Assembly (NCBI GenBank): GCA_018823885.1
Contig: JAHJHG010000006.1
Coordinates: forward strand, 10,752-74,751
Direction: 5' to 3'
DNA: 64,000 nt
Source: Patescibacteria group bacterium
GTDB lineage: Bacteria > Patescibacteriota > Microgenomatia > UBA8517
Part shown: in pieces, positions 1 to 9,127 of the stretch
Layout of the letters: the number at the start of each line of letters is the position of its first letter
Numbering within the stretch: position 1 is the first letter of the stretch
Notes under the pieces: model-generated
Told to the model about the DNA's origin: nothing
What the model saw: the letters and a program-made list of their open reading frames with translations, nothing else
The model's database searches: none
Translations under genes and position numbers: made by a program

Positions 1-112
1 CTCCCTGCATATTTCGTTTCCAAATATATAGTAGGTCAAATAAGTTGAGGCTACCTGAAAAGATATAGTTGACGCGCCCATAATAAATCTGCGATAAATA
101 ATAAAGGGAAAA

Positions 113-934
113 ATGACGCCTGAGAATCCTTACTTTGGAGCAACTAATAAAGAATTAGATACAAAACGCCTTGAGATTCAATCAAGTGGTTTCAATCCTT
201 ACACTGAGAAATTTTTAGAAGATTTAGGTCTATCAAAAGAAACTGCTTTAGATCTGGCAACTGGAACAGGGGCCGTCCTAACAATACTGGCGAAATATGC
301 AAATCGGATCACAGCGCTTGACTCTGACAAAGATCAGCTAGCTGAGGCTCAAAAAGTTATCGAGCTATTCAATCTTGGGAGCAAAGTAGAACTTAGGCAA
401 GGAAACGCTTTAGAACTAGACTTGCCTGACAATACATTCAGCATAGTTCACGCAAGACTCCTTCTTACAAATCTTCCAACAAAAACGCACTCGCAAGTGG
501 TAAACGAGTCTATCAGGGTTCTCAAACCCGGTGGGGTGTTAGTTCTGGAAGAACTCGGAGTTGACCGGGGATGGCACGCCAAACCTCCTTCTTCACATTT
601 TGAAACTCTTGTTAATGCCGTCATTGAAGCACGCAACAGAACGGAGATCTCTAACCAAACAGGGCCAGAATTGGAAGATTTGGTCACAATCTCTGGTCTA
701 AAAACGATAGCTAAAAATTCATACTCTATCGAAAGTCGTGCCAAGGATCCTTTTACACAGCTTAATGTCATGTTTATGACCCTCTATACTCCTCTTCTCG
801 TAAGAACCGGCGCTTTGAGTAAAGAGGAAAGTGAAGTTCATTTGGAAGGCCTCAAAAATGATATTAAGGATAATCCTGATATGAAAGTTTGGGCACCGCA
901 AATGTTTCAGGTTGCGGCGAAAAAACTCTCCTAA
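113..934 (+). CDS. Class I SAM-dependent methyltransferase
   Basis: The ORF track lists a 273-aa ORF. It carries the glycine-rich SAM-binding motif I (LDLATGTGAVLTILAKYA) followed by an acidic residue (ALDSD), which is the typical Rossmann-fold methyltransferase arrangement. Confidence 0.65.
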   Translation: MTPENPYFGATNKELDTKRLEIQSSGFNPYTEKFLEDLGLSKETALDLATGTGAVLTILAKYANRITALDSDKDQLAEAQKVIELFNLGSKVELRQGNALELDLPDNTFSIVHARLLLTNLPTKTHSQVVNESIRVLKPGGVLVLEELGVDRGWHAKPPSSHFETLVNAVIEARNRTEISNQTGPELEDLVTISGLKTIAKNSYSIESRAKDPFTQLNVMFMTLYTPLLVRTGALSKEESEVHLEGLKNDIKDNPDMKVWAPQMFQVAAKKLS

Positions 935-977
935 AAGGTTTGCCTTTTCCTCCATTTTCATTCATCATTAAAATGAA

Positions 978-3152
978 ATGATAGATCTTCTTCTAAGTAT
1001 TATTGTTTGGATCTGTGCAGTAGGAAATCTCTTCCTTGGTTTCCTTGTTTATACTAGAAAAAAGAAAACTGTCATCTCAATCACCTTTGCTTCATTCGCC
1101 ACCAGTGCTGCGTTTTGGACCATGGCACTTTTCTTCTTTGAGCATCCAATTATTTTCTCTAGCCTTATTTGGCTAAAAATTGTTTATTGCATCGTTCTCC
1201 TGATGACTGGGTTGCTTTTCTCTTTTTCCTTTATTTTTCCCCGAAAAACCACTAGGCCACGTACTCTTCCTATTTTGTTTTTTATTCTCACGGCTATCTT
1301 CTTCGCCTATTTAATCAGTTGCACAAAATTGTTTGTAGCAAACGTTACATTAGAGCCCTGGGGTTACAAACAAATATTAGGACATGCCTATCCATTTTTC
1401 GCATCCTGGGCCACTTTCTTTATCTTCTGGGCACTTTATAATTTCTACCAAAGTCATAAAAAGGGACGGGGTCTGGAAAGAGCTCAAGTCAAGTTTATAT
1501 TTTTAGGGATGTTCTTTTTTACTTTAATCCCAATCGTCCTAGATGCCATTCTTCCAATTTTTTTCAAAAACTCCAAGTTTATTTGGTTCAGTCCCATCTC
1601 TGCAATCTTTCTTGTTGGCTTCACGGCCTACGCAATTATAAAACACCGCTTTTTAGACATCCGTCTAATTATTGCTCGCTCCATCTCGTATGCATTGTTG
1701 ATTATTACCTTTAGCCTCATTTATGCAGGTGGCCTATTTGGTCTTGGCACACTCATCACAAGAAGCCAGGGAACTACTGCTAACTCAATAGTCTCTGCTG
1801 TCTTAGCGATCGCTATAGCTTTTTCTTTTCAACCTCTCAGGCGATTCCTTGAAAAAATAACAGATAAAATTTTTTACAAAGAAAAATATGACTCAAATAA
1901 GCTTATCTATAAACTTTCACTAAAAATGGCAGAAAATATTCAATTAGATGTTTTAACGGGAGAAATTTTGGAAATACTAAGAGATGAAATGAGAATATCT
2001 ACAGCCTCTTTCCTTGTTATTACTAAAAAAGGGCTCGAATACACCATTAAAGACCATAATACATTCCATTCTCAACCCACAAAAGAAGAGCTTAAATTGA
2101 TAAGCGAAGAGGGTAAAATCTTAATATTTGAAGAACTAGAGAAAGGAAAAGTTAAAAACGTTCTCCGAAAACACAATCTTTCAGTATTTACACCCTTAAC
2201 AACTAAAGGAAAACGGGTGGGATATTTATTACTAGGCGAAAAATCTTCAGGTGATATTTATTACGATCAAGACATTAAAACCTTAAGTATACTTGCATCC
2301 CAATTCGCCATCTCAATCCAAAACGCTCAAAGCTACGAAGAAATTACGAAATTCAATAAAACCTTAAAACAAGAGGTAGATAAAGCAACCTTAAACCTTC
2401 AGGTCGCCAATAAACGCTTAACAGAATTAGGGAAATTAAAAGATGAATTTTTCTCAATCGCGGCCCATGAGTTAAGAACACCTTTGACGGCAATACAAGG
2501 AAATACTTCCCTCATCCAAGAATATTTTGGTGATGATATTAGAAAAAACAAAGATCTGGAAGAAATGGTGGAAGATGTGAACGAATCAAGTAAAAGACTA
2601 ATTAAAATTGTCAATGATTACCTGGATGCTTCCAGGCTTGAGCAAGGAAGAATCGTGTTCAAGAATAAGAATATTGACATAAAAGAAATAATCACCGATG
2701 TTGTTGCTGAAACAAAAGAATTAGCTACTGAGAAAAATTTATACATAAAGCTGGGCGAGGAAATAAATGCCAAACTTCTCCAGGTCTTTGCAGACAAAGA
2801 TCGGGTCAAGCAAGTTATCTATAATTTAGTCGGAAATGCAATTAAATATACCAAACAAGGAGGGCTTACAATTCATGCCCAGGAAGAAAACGGATCATTG
2901 CTTCTAAGGTTTGAAGATACCGGGATAGGAATTGACCCAGAGGGGCAGCAACTACTCTTCCAAAAGTTCCAACAAGTAGGAGAAAATCATTTAGATAGGA
3001 AGACAAATCGTGGTGCGGGTATTGGCCTCTATATCTCTAAGCTTTTAGTAGAAAGCATGGGAGGAAAAATATATTTAGAGAAATCAGAGGTAAATAAGGG
3101 CTCTATCTTTACTTTTACTCTACCTCTGGCCAAGGTTGCAAAGACTGCCTAA
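978..3152 (+). CDS. Sensor histidine kinase with an N-terminal polytopic membrane domain, a GAF-like middle region, HisKA and HATPase_c
   Basis: The 724-aa ORF has about 7 hydrophobic helices in its first roughly 300 aa. It contains the H-box EFFSIAAHELRTPL, and N, G1 and G2 boxes (VGNAIKYT, EDTGIGI, GAGIGLY). The gene directly precedes a receiver-domain gene. Confidence 0.85.
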   Translation: MIDLLLSIIVWICAVGNLFLGFLVYTRKKKTVISITFASFATSAAFWTMALFFFEHPIIFSSLIWLKIVYCIVLLMTGLLFSFSFIFPRKTTRPRTLPILFFILTAIFFAYLISCTKLFVANVTLEPWGYKQILGHAYPFFASWATFFIFWALYNFYQSHKKGRGLERAQVKFIFLGMFFFTLIPIVLDAILPIFFKNSKFIWFSPISAIFLVGFTAYAIIKHRFLDIRLIIARSISYALLIITFSLIYAGGLFGLGTLITRSQGTTANSIVSAVLAIAIAFSFQPLRRFLEKITDKIFYKEKYDSNKLIYKLSLKMAENIQLDVLTGEILEILRDEMRISTASFLVITKKGLEYTIKDHNTFHSQPTKEELKLISEEGKILIFEELEKGKVKNVLRKHNLSVFTPLTTKGKRVGYLLLGEKSSGDIYYDQDIKTLSILASQFAISIQNAQSYEEITKFNKTLKQEVDKATLNLQVANKRLTELGKLKDEFFSIAAHELRTPLTAIQGNTSLIQEYFGDDIRKNKDLEEMVEDVNESSKRLIKIVNDYLDASRLEQGRIVFKNKNIDIKEIITDVVAETKELATEKNLYIKLGEEINAKLLQVFADKDRVKQVIYNLVGNAIKYTKQGGLTIHAQEENGSLLLRFEDTGIGIDPEGQQLLFQKFQQVGENHLDRKTNRGAGIGLYISKLLVESMGGKIYLEKSEVNKGSIFTFTLPLAKVAKTA

Positions 3153-3170
3153 TAGTTATATAAATTAGAT

Positions 3171-3584
3171 ATGCCGAGAATACTAATTATCGAAGACGAC
3201 CCCTTAATGACCCGTTTGTATCAAAAGGTTTTTAGGTTTGAAAAATACGATGTTGATGTTGCTTCGAATGGCAAGTTGGGTTTAGAAAAAGTCAAATTGG
3301 AGAAACCAACCCTCATCCTTCTTGACATCATGATGCCAGAAATGAATGGTCTGGAGGTCTTGACAAAGTTAAAGGCTGATGAAGAAACCAAGAAAATACC
3401 AGTTATCGTTTTAACAAATCTGGCCGGAACTCAAGATGCAGAAACCGCTATGGCTAAGGGAGCCGTTCGATATATTGTTAAAAGCGAGCATGATCCTAAA
3501 GAAGTAGTTAAAATCGTTAAAGAAATATTGGCAGGATATACGAGAGATAAGATACCAGAAGTAAGCAAAGAAAAAAAAGAGTAA
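3171..3584 (+). CDS. Single-domain response regulator (CheY-like receiver)
   Basis: The 137-aa ORF has an acidic pocket (IIEDDP), the phospho-acceptor Asp context LILLDIMMPEMNGLEV, and a conserved Lys region (VKS). It starts 19 nt after the kinase gene. Confidence 0.8.
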   Translation: MPRILIIEDDPLMTRLYQKVFRFEKYDVDVASNGKLGLEKVKLEKPTLILLDIMMPEMNGLEVLTKLKADEETKKIPVIVLTNLAGTQDAETAMAKGAVRYIVKSEHDPKEVVKIVKEILAGYTRDKIPEVSKEKKE

Positions 3585-3604
3585 ATTCTAAATTATCTAT
3601 CTAG

Positions 3605-5848
3605 CTATATCATTCCTGCAAAGATATTTTCAACTTCTTCCTGATTTAAAACCCCTGTTATTATTCTTTTAACGATTCCCTTTCTGTCTAAGAAGTAATG
3701 AGTCGGAAGTGAGTATATACTGTAATCTTCTATCAACCTTCCGTCAGCATCTATTACAATAGGTAAACTATAATTCCCTCGTTTAGCAAAAATGGAAACT
3801 TTAGAGCTTGTTTCCTGAGTTGAAACTACTGCCATCTGAGTATCCCCACCTGTCATATTGTTAAGAACGGCTAGTTGTTCCAAAGATGGAGATGACCAAG
3901 TACTGATAAAAGTCAGTAATAAAGGCTTTCCCCGCGTGTCAGTTAACCCAAACTCACCATCAATAGTAGGCAGAGTAAATACAGGGGCTTCCTTTCCTAA
4001 TATATCCCACTTCGCTGCTTCTACCGGTATGACTGGGGTACTAATATTGACATTCGCTTTATCTCCGGAAAAATCAGGTAAGGTGAAAACAAAGGGCCCC
4101 AGATTAATCCGTCTGCCAACTTCAAGCTCGAAATCAGCATTGATGGGAGCGGGGACTGAAAGAGTAAATATCTTGCTGGTTAGAGTTGTATAACCGGAGG
4201 AACTGATTCTAAAATAGTATGTACCAGGTGGTAAAAAGTATTGGTAGTTTCCACTCTCATCTGTTTCTTGCGGGTTTTCTTGACCAAAAGGTTTTGCATC
4301 CCAAAGCGTCCAAATCTCACTTAATGGATCCTTGTAATAAGCACTAACTTTGGCCTCTTTGGGTGGCTTCTGAGTATCTTTTGCCACCACTTTACCTGGA
4401 CTAAGAACAACAACTGAATTAAGAATTCTTTCCGTTTCGTTCTCGGCACCATCTTTTGCTTTTACCAGCAACTCATAAAATCCTGGATCGGGAAAGTTAA
4501 TTGTTCCGGACCAAAGACCTGTTTCCGGTGAACGAGGTAAAGAATACATGGCGTCATTGGCATATAAATCAATAGAAGTCGGACCACCAACAGTTGACAA
4601 TGTAATTCTTTGTTCTAACCCTGCCATGGTCACTATTACCCCATCTTTATTCGGCATTAGTATTAAAGGGCCCAAAGAAAGAAGGTTTCCTCCAACCAAT
4701 GGAGGAAGGCGGTCTATTATTAAAGTATGTGTTTTTGAAGTACCCCTGTTCCCTGCTCCATCTGTAGCTCTAACCACTATTTCATAATTACCATCATCAA
4801 AGATTTCGGGAACAAAACTAAATTCCGTCGAAGTTGCTCCAGGGTCGATAATTTCATCAACGGGTAACCAATTGACTCCCCCATCCGTTGAATAATCAAC
4901 TCCAGCTATTCTTGATTTATCCGAAGCCCTTCCTGTTATTAATGGTGGTTGTTCAAAAGGATCATCAAAATCCGTAGTGATAGTAACACTTGGTGGTATT
5001 TTATCCGTTGGGGCTTTAACAATGATTGTTTGTGTCGTTGTCACTGTTTGTGTCGTTGTCACTGTAGTCGCCATACCAACACTGGTAGCCGTACCAGTTG
5101 TAAAAGAATTTTCAGTAGTACAACCCTGATTCCCTGCTGCATCTGTACTGCAAGCCCGATAATAGTAGGTTGTACTAGCCCCTAAATTGTCTGGAGAAAG
5201 CGAATGAGAGGTTGACAATGTCGCGCTATTTTTGTTAAGAGAATATATTCCTGTTTCTAAGCCATATTCGACTAAAGAAGTTGCCGACTCGCTACTTGTC
5301 CAAGCCACCACCGCAGATGAGCTTCCTATACTTGAAACACTTAAATTCGATATTGTGGGGGCGGTAATATCAGTCCCCCCGGTAACATTAAACGCCAAGT
5401 TGCCCGAACAAGAAAAAGAATTCGCTCCTCCTGCGTCATCCGAAACCTCCACTGACCAATTTCCAGAAGCCCCAGCAATATCGCCAATGTCAGCTGAAAT
5501 ATTAGGAGTAATAGTTCCTCCTGCAGCAAGAGGGTCCTGATAATACCTATATGTTATTGAGTCGCTAGCCCAATCTGTATACCAAGCTGGATAGACTGAA
5601 GCCCCCTTAAAAGTTACGCCATCGTTCGGTCTAGTAATTTTAAACCATAAAACATCGGCCGCATCTGTATTGTTTAACGTAAAAATAAAAGCAATCCCAT
5701 TAACATTGGCCTCTGGATCATTTGGGGTAACGGAAACAGAGCAAGAACTAATGATCGCTTCTGCCGGTTTTATAAATTCAAAACGAAGAAATGCAACAAA
5801 AGCAAAAACAAAAATAATCGCCAAATATTTTTTAGTCCGAGCAGGCAT
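3605..5848 (-). CDS. Secreted multidomain protein: signal peptide, fibronectin-III-like, Ig-like and carboxypeptidase-regulatory-like beta-sandwich domains, and a C-terminal thioredoxin/TlpA-like fold without a CXXC motif
   Basis: The 747-aa ORF begins with an N-terminal signal peptide (MPARTKKYLAIIFVFAFVAFL...AEA). An FN3-like segment (PTISNLSVSSIGSSSAVVAWTSSE...) is followed by a Thr-rich repeat (TTVTTTQTVTTTQT). The C-terminal about 110 aa resembles a redoxin/TlpA fold, but the active-site position reads WSSPS instead of CxxC. Confidence 0.55.
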   Translation of the reverse strand: MPARTKKYLAIIFVFAFVAFLRFEFIKPAEAIISSCSVSVTPNDPEANVNGIAFIFTLNNTDAADVLWFKITRPNDGVTFKGASVYPAWYTDWASDSITYRYYQDPLAAGGTITPNISADIGDIAGASGNWSVEVSDDAGGANSFSCSGNLAFNVTGGTDITAPTISNLSVSSIGSSSAVVAWTSSESATSLVEYGLETGIYSLNKNSATLSTSHSLSPDNLGASTTYYYRACSTDAAGNQGCTTENSFTTGTATSVGMATTVTTTQTVTTTQTIIVKAPTDKIPPSVTITTDFDDPFEQPPLITGRASDKSRIAGVDYSTDGGVNWLPVDEIIDPGATSTEFSFVPEIFDDGNYEIVVRATDGAGNRGTSKTHTLIIDRLPPLVGGNLLSLGPLILMPNKDGVIVTMAGLEQRITLSTVGGPTSIDLYANDAMYSLPRSPETGLWSGTINFPDPGFYELLVKAKDGAENETERILNSVVVLSPGKVVAKDTQKPPKEAKVSAYYKDPLSEIWTLWDAKPFGQENPQETDESGNYQYFLPPGTYYFRISSSGYTTLTSKIFTLSVPAPINADFELEVGRRINLGPFVFTLPDFSGDKANVNISTPVIPVEAAKWDILGKEAPVFTLPTIDGEFGLTDTRGKPLLLTFISTWSSPSLEQLAVLNNMTGGDTQMAVVSTQETSSKVSIFAKRGNYSLPIVIDADGRLIEDYSIYSLPTHYFLDRKGIVKRIITGVLNQEEVENIFAGMI
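5028..5063. repeat. Perfect tandem 2 x 18-bp repeat (tgtttgtgtcgttgtcac) inside the 747-aa secreted-protein gene
   Basis: The repeat is seen directly in the sequence. It encodes the duplicated TTTQTV hexapeptide on the minus strand, and its length of 18 is a multiple of 3. Confidence 0.8.
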
Positions 5849-5933
5849 TACTTTATTCTACTATGGAAAATGTTACCGACAAAGAACCCTTGAACAAAAC
5901 CACACAACCCCGCTATTATTAAAATATACTTAT

Positions 5934-6389
5934 ATGGTTGGTGTTGTTACATTTTGGGAAACTTTTATCGGAGTAGATAATCCAATCTACATTGGAGATA
6001 TATGGGCTAACACCATAAGACCACTTGGTGGTACCCATTTATTTTATGTTGACCAGCAAGGAATAGGAACACCGAGCATAGATGCTTCTATCGTTTCTAA
6101 AACCTATTCTACTTTCCAAGAAGTATTGGATGACAACCCCGATGCAACCTATGTGTTTCTTGAGGCTGAAAGGAGTATTCCAAAAGGTACCGATTTTACT
6201 TACTTAAAAGACTTTGTTCATCCCAAAGAAGACGTCATTTATGTTTTCGGCAAAGATAGTTCTGATGTGTTCACAGAGAACCTGCCACTTGAAGGAAATC
6301 ATGTTGTATCAATTACCACAAATGATAATCTTGTGCTCTGGTCATTAATAACAGTCGGTATCGTTCTGTATGATAGAAAGGTTAAATAA
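5934..6389 (+). CDS. Hypothetical protein, first gene of the beta-helix cluster; the start is uncertain
   Basis: The ORF runs 5670..6389, but its first 180 nt overlap the convergent 747-aa gene. The first in-frame ATG outside that overlap is at 5934 (151 aa). Its stop, TAA, overlaps the ATG of the next gene (taATGg), which suggests translational coupling. Confidence 0.35.
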   Translation: MVGVVTFWETFIGVDNPIYIGDIWANTIRPLGGTHLFYVDQQGIGTPSIDASIVSKTYSTFQEVLDDNPDATYVFLEAERSIPKGTDFTYLKDFVHPKEDVIYVFGKDSSDVFTENLPLEGNHVVSITTNDNLVLWSLITVGIVLYDRKVK

Positions 6390-8500
6390 TGGCATTTTCA
6401 ATTACATCAGATATGACCACTATTGATACTTGTTCTGATACCACAAACTGGTCAGGAACTATTACTCCTACGCAAGACACTGAGGTGTTTATTGAGGGCG
6501 CCGCCTCAGTCGGAATGGTAAAAGTATCACAGGGGAAATTTATTGAAAAATTTGATTATTATACTGAAAAAGCAAGCAATTATTATAATGCTTCTACTAA
6601 TCCTACTCATTTATATTTTTGGGTAAATGTCTCCAACGGCGGTGGACTTTATCCGCTGTCTAGTGGAACAGAATCTACAGAAGGCGGAGTTAGACTATAT
6701 ATGGAAGACAGCGCTGGTGCTTATGTTGAGTGGTACGTTGCAGGTTCAGACACTTACTCTGGTGGTTGGAGATGTTTCGTAGCCTACACCGATGCCGCGC
6801 CCAATAACTCATCTGGTTCAATTAACAAATCACAAATTCGATATTTTGGTGTAACTCTAAATATGCAAGCTAAAACCACAGCTAACGTGAGAAATGCTTG
6901 GATAGATTTTATCAGATATGGTTCAGGTCTCATTTGTAGTGGAACCGACACGGGCCAAATGACTTGGGATGATATTTATGCCGGTGATCTTGCGGGTCCA
7001 CATGGGGTTATTAGAAAAGAAGGTGGAATTTTCTTCGTACAAGGATCGGTCACCATAGGCGACAATATTGGAACAAGTGCAACAGATTTCAGTGATGCTA
7101 ACCAAGTTCTCGTATTTGAAGACGCAAACGTTTCAAGTACTTTATATAACATTACAATCGTCGGCAATGCCACAGGAGATACTGATTTTCAAATGGGAAC
7201 CAAATCGGGTACGGCAGGAATTTCAGGATGCATTATCAGGTCGGCTGGTATAAATAAATATGATTTCACTTGTACCGATACTGCAGTCGAAGAGCTGTTG
7301 TTATACGGGTGTACTTTTTATGATGCGGACGTTATTTCTCTCCCGGCCTATTCCGCCTCGGCTCCACTTAGAGAAGTATTAAACTGCAACTTTGAGGCGT
7401 GTAATCAGGTTGATCCTGATACTTGTACAGTAACTAATTGTAATTTCATTAACGCTGATGACAGAGGGTGTTTGATAGATACTTCATCTCACCATATTAC
7501 CGATTCAAATTTTATTGCCTGTCCAGACGCAGTACATATTAATACTGCTGATACTTATACTTTTTCTGGTCTTATCTTCACCAACAACACCTATGACGTA
7601 GAAAACTCATCTGCCGGTGTCGTAAATATTAACGTATCCGGAACTGGAGCGGCTTCCTCAGCTGAAAATACTGGTGGGGGCTCTACAAACTTTATTTCGT
7701 CCGTTGATGTAGATGCCAAAGTACTAAACGATGCAGGCTCAAATATAGAAAATGCGCAAGTGTATATTCAAAAATCCGATACTGGAAAACAATGGAATTA
7801 TGTTTCTCATTCTGGAAATGCATTAAACGACACTGACTTTGTGGTTACTGGAGCAATTGACGATGATTTGCCCTCATCAGGGTGGATACACGTTTGGGAC
7901 AAATCAGATAATTCCAAGCAGAATTATAGATATACCGGATGGGCAACGGCAACAGATACAACTTTTACACTAAAAACTAATGTAACAGGAAGTGCAACAA
8001 GTGAAGATGGAACAAGCCCAGAAATAAAATTAATTTCTACATCGTCTGATTTTATAGCAATGAAAACGGCTGGGACTATTGAAGAAGGAGACTCAATTTA
8101 TAATTCAACTGATTTAAGCTGGGCTATTGTAGACGAAATAGTAGATGCAGACAATGTAACTACAACTCCACTACAAGGTGGTTCGGACAATAAATGGCAA
8201 GCCAGTGATGGATTCAGTCTACATAAATTAGTAAAGGCTTATACTCTCACCGATGATAAAATAGACATTCCCCTATTCAACGGACAGACTGATTCAAACG
8301 GAGAAATATCAACCTCATATAACTATGGAGAAATTGGAAATCCTCCTGGTCAGTCTGGTTATACTTCCCTGCCCATTTGGATCAGAATTAGATCAAACCA
8401 AGGTACACCTAAATATATTCCATACAACACGAGCGGAACCATAACAGGAAGTGGATACGATTTAACGGCGGTTATCACAGAAGACGATGTAGCAACATAA
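6389..8500 (+). CDS. Right-handed parallel beta-helix repeat protein (pectate-lyase / tailspike-like fold)
   Basis: The 703-aa ORF has repeated short beta-helix rungs rich in N, C, T, I and V (NITIVGNATGD; CIIRSAGIN; NCNFEACNQVD; VTNCNFINADDRGCLIDTSSHHITDSNFIACPDAVHIN). There is no N-terminal signal peptide. Confidence 0.6.
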   Translation: MAFSITSDMTTIDTCSDTTNWSGTITPTQDTEVFIEGAASVGMVKVSQGKFIEKFDYYTEKASNYYNASTNPTHLYFWVNVSNGGGLYPLSSGTESTEGGVRLYMEDSAGAYVEWYVAGSDTYSGGWRCFVAYTDAAPNNSSGSINKSQIRYFGVTLNMQAKTTANVRNAWIDFIRYGSGLICSGTDTGQMTWDDIYAGDLAGPHGVIRKEGGIFFVQGSVTIGDNIGTSATDFSDANQVLVFEDANVSSTLYNITIVGNATGDTDFQMGTKSGTAGISGCIIRSAGINKYDFTCTDTAVEELLLYGCTFYDADVISLPAYSASAPLREVLNCNFEACNQVDPDTCTVTNCNFINADDRGCLIDTSSHHITDSNFIACPDAVHINTADTYTFSGLIFTNNTYDVENSSAGVVNINVSGTGAASSAENTGGGSTNFISSVDVDAKVLNDAGSNIENAQVYIQKSDTGKQWNYVSHSGNALNDTDFVVTGAIDDDLPSSGWIHVWDKSDNSKQNYRYTGWATATDTTFTLKTNVTGSATSEDGTSPEIKLISTSSDFIAMKTAGTIEEGDSIYNSTDLSWAIVDEIVDADNVTTTPLQGGSDNKWQASDGFSLHKLVKAYTLTDDKIDIPLFNGQTDSNGEISTSYNYGEIGNPPGQSGYTSLPIWIRIRSNQGTPKYIPYNTSGTITGSGYDLTAVITEDDVAT

Positions 8501-8567
8501 AAATGGGTCTTGATTATATTAGGAGAAATGTCTCATTATAGTTTATAGTTAATTACAGGACAAAAAT

Positions 8568-8909
8568 ATGAAAATAAAACTAATTAGTTATCCCTATAAG
8601 GATTATGAAGTTGGAGAGATTGTTGATCTTGGTGAAGACAAAAATAGGTCGATGGTGTCTTTGCAAAGAGCTGTTTGGGTTGAAGAAGAAGAGAAAAAGA
8701 AAAGGACACCAAAAAAGACCGTTACAAAAACAGCCACGCAAACACAAGACGATGTAATTGAAGAAGAAGAAAAACCAGCAAAAGAGACCGAAGAAGTTGA
8801 AGAAACAAAAAAGCCGACTCGAGGACCAGACGGGAAATTTGTAAGCAAAGAGGAAACAGAAAATACAGAAAAACCTAAAAAAAAAGGCTTTCTGAGTAGG
8901 CTGAGGTAA
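8568..8909 (+). CDS. Lys/Glu-rich low-complexity hypothetical protein
   Basis: The 113-aa ORF is highly charged low-complexity sequence (EEEEKKKRTPKK...EEEEKPAKETEE). It sits in the same orientation as the flanking large genes. Confidence 0.4.
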   Translation: MKIKLISYPYKDYEVGEIVDLGEDKNRSMVSLQRAVWVEEEEKKKRTPKKTVTKTATQTQDDVIEEEEKPAKETEEVEETKKPTRGPDGKFVSKEETENTEKPKKKGFLSRLR

Positions 8910-8921
8910 AACAAGAGTAGG

Positions 8922-9122
8922 ATGGAAATTTTTAATTTACACTCTAATAATAAAAAGAAAATTAAAGGCTTGAAAGTTACGTCACACAAAGAATATGATA
9001 AGAACGGGAAGAAGCGTACCAATCGGTACGTAGAGTTTACGGTTGTCGGAAAAAATCGACAATGGAAAGATTTTATGCCGGTTGAAGACTTTAAAAAATT
9101 GAATCCCGAGATTAATATCTAA
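8922..9122 (+). CDS. Small basic hypothetical protein
   Basis: This 66-aa ORF fills the gap between the KE-rich gene and the 982-aa gene on the same strand. Confidence 0.3.
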   Translation: MEIFNLHSNNKKKIKGLKVTSHKEYDKNGKKRTNRYVEFTVVGKNRQWKDFMPVEDFKKLNPEINI

Positions 9123-9127
9123 CTGCC

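Noticed and set aside
5670-5933. N-terminal 88 codons of ORF 5670..6389
   Set aside because: These codons overlap the 3' end of the convergent 747-aa gene by 180 nt. I trimmed the call to the first ATG outside the overlap (5934). The true start remains uncertain.
8603-9022. Minus-strand ORF (139 aa) opposite the KE-rich gene
   Set aside because: It is the low-complexity antisense of a purine-rich coding stretch. It has no start context, and the plus-strand genes tile the region.
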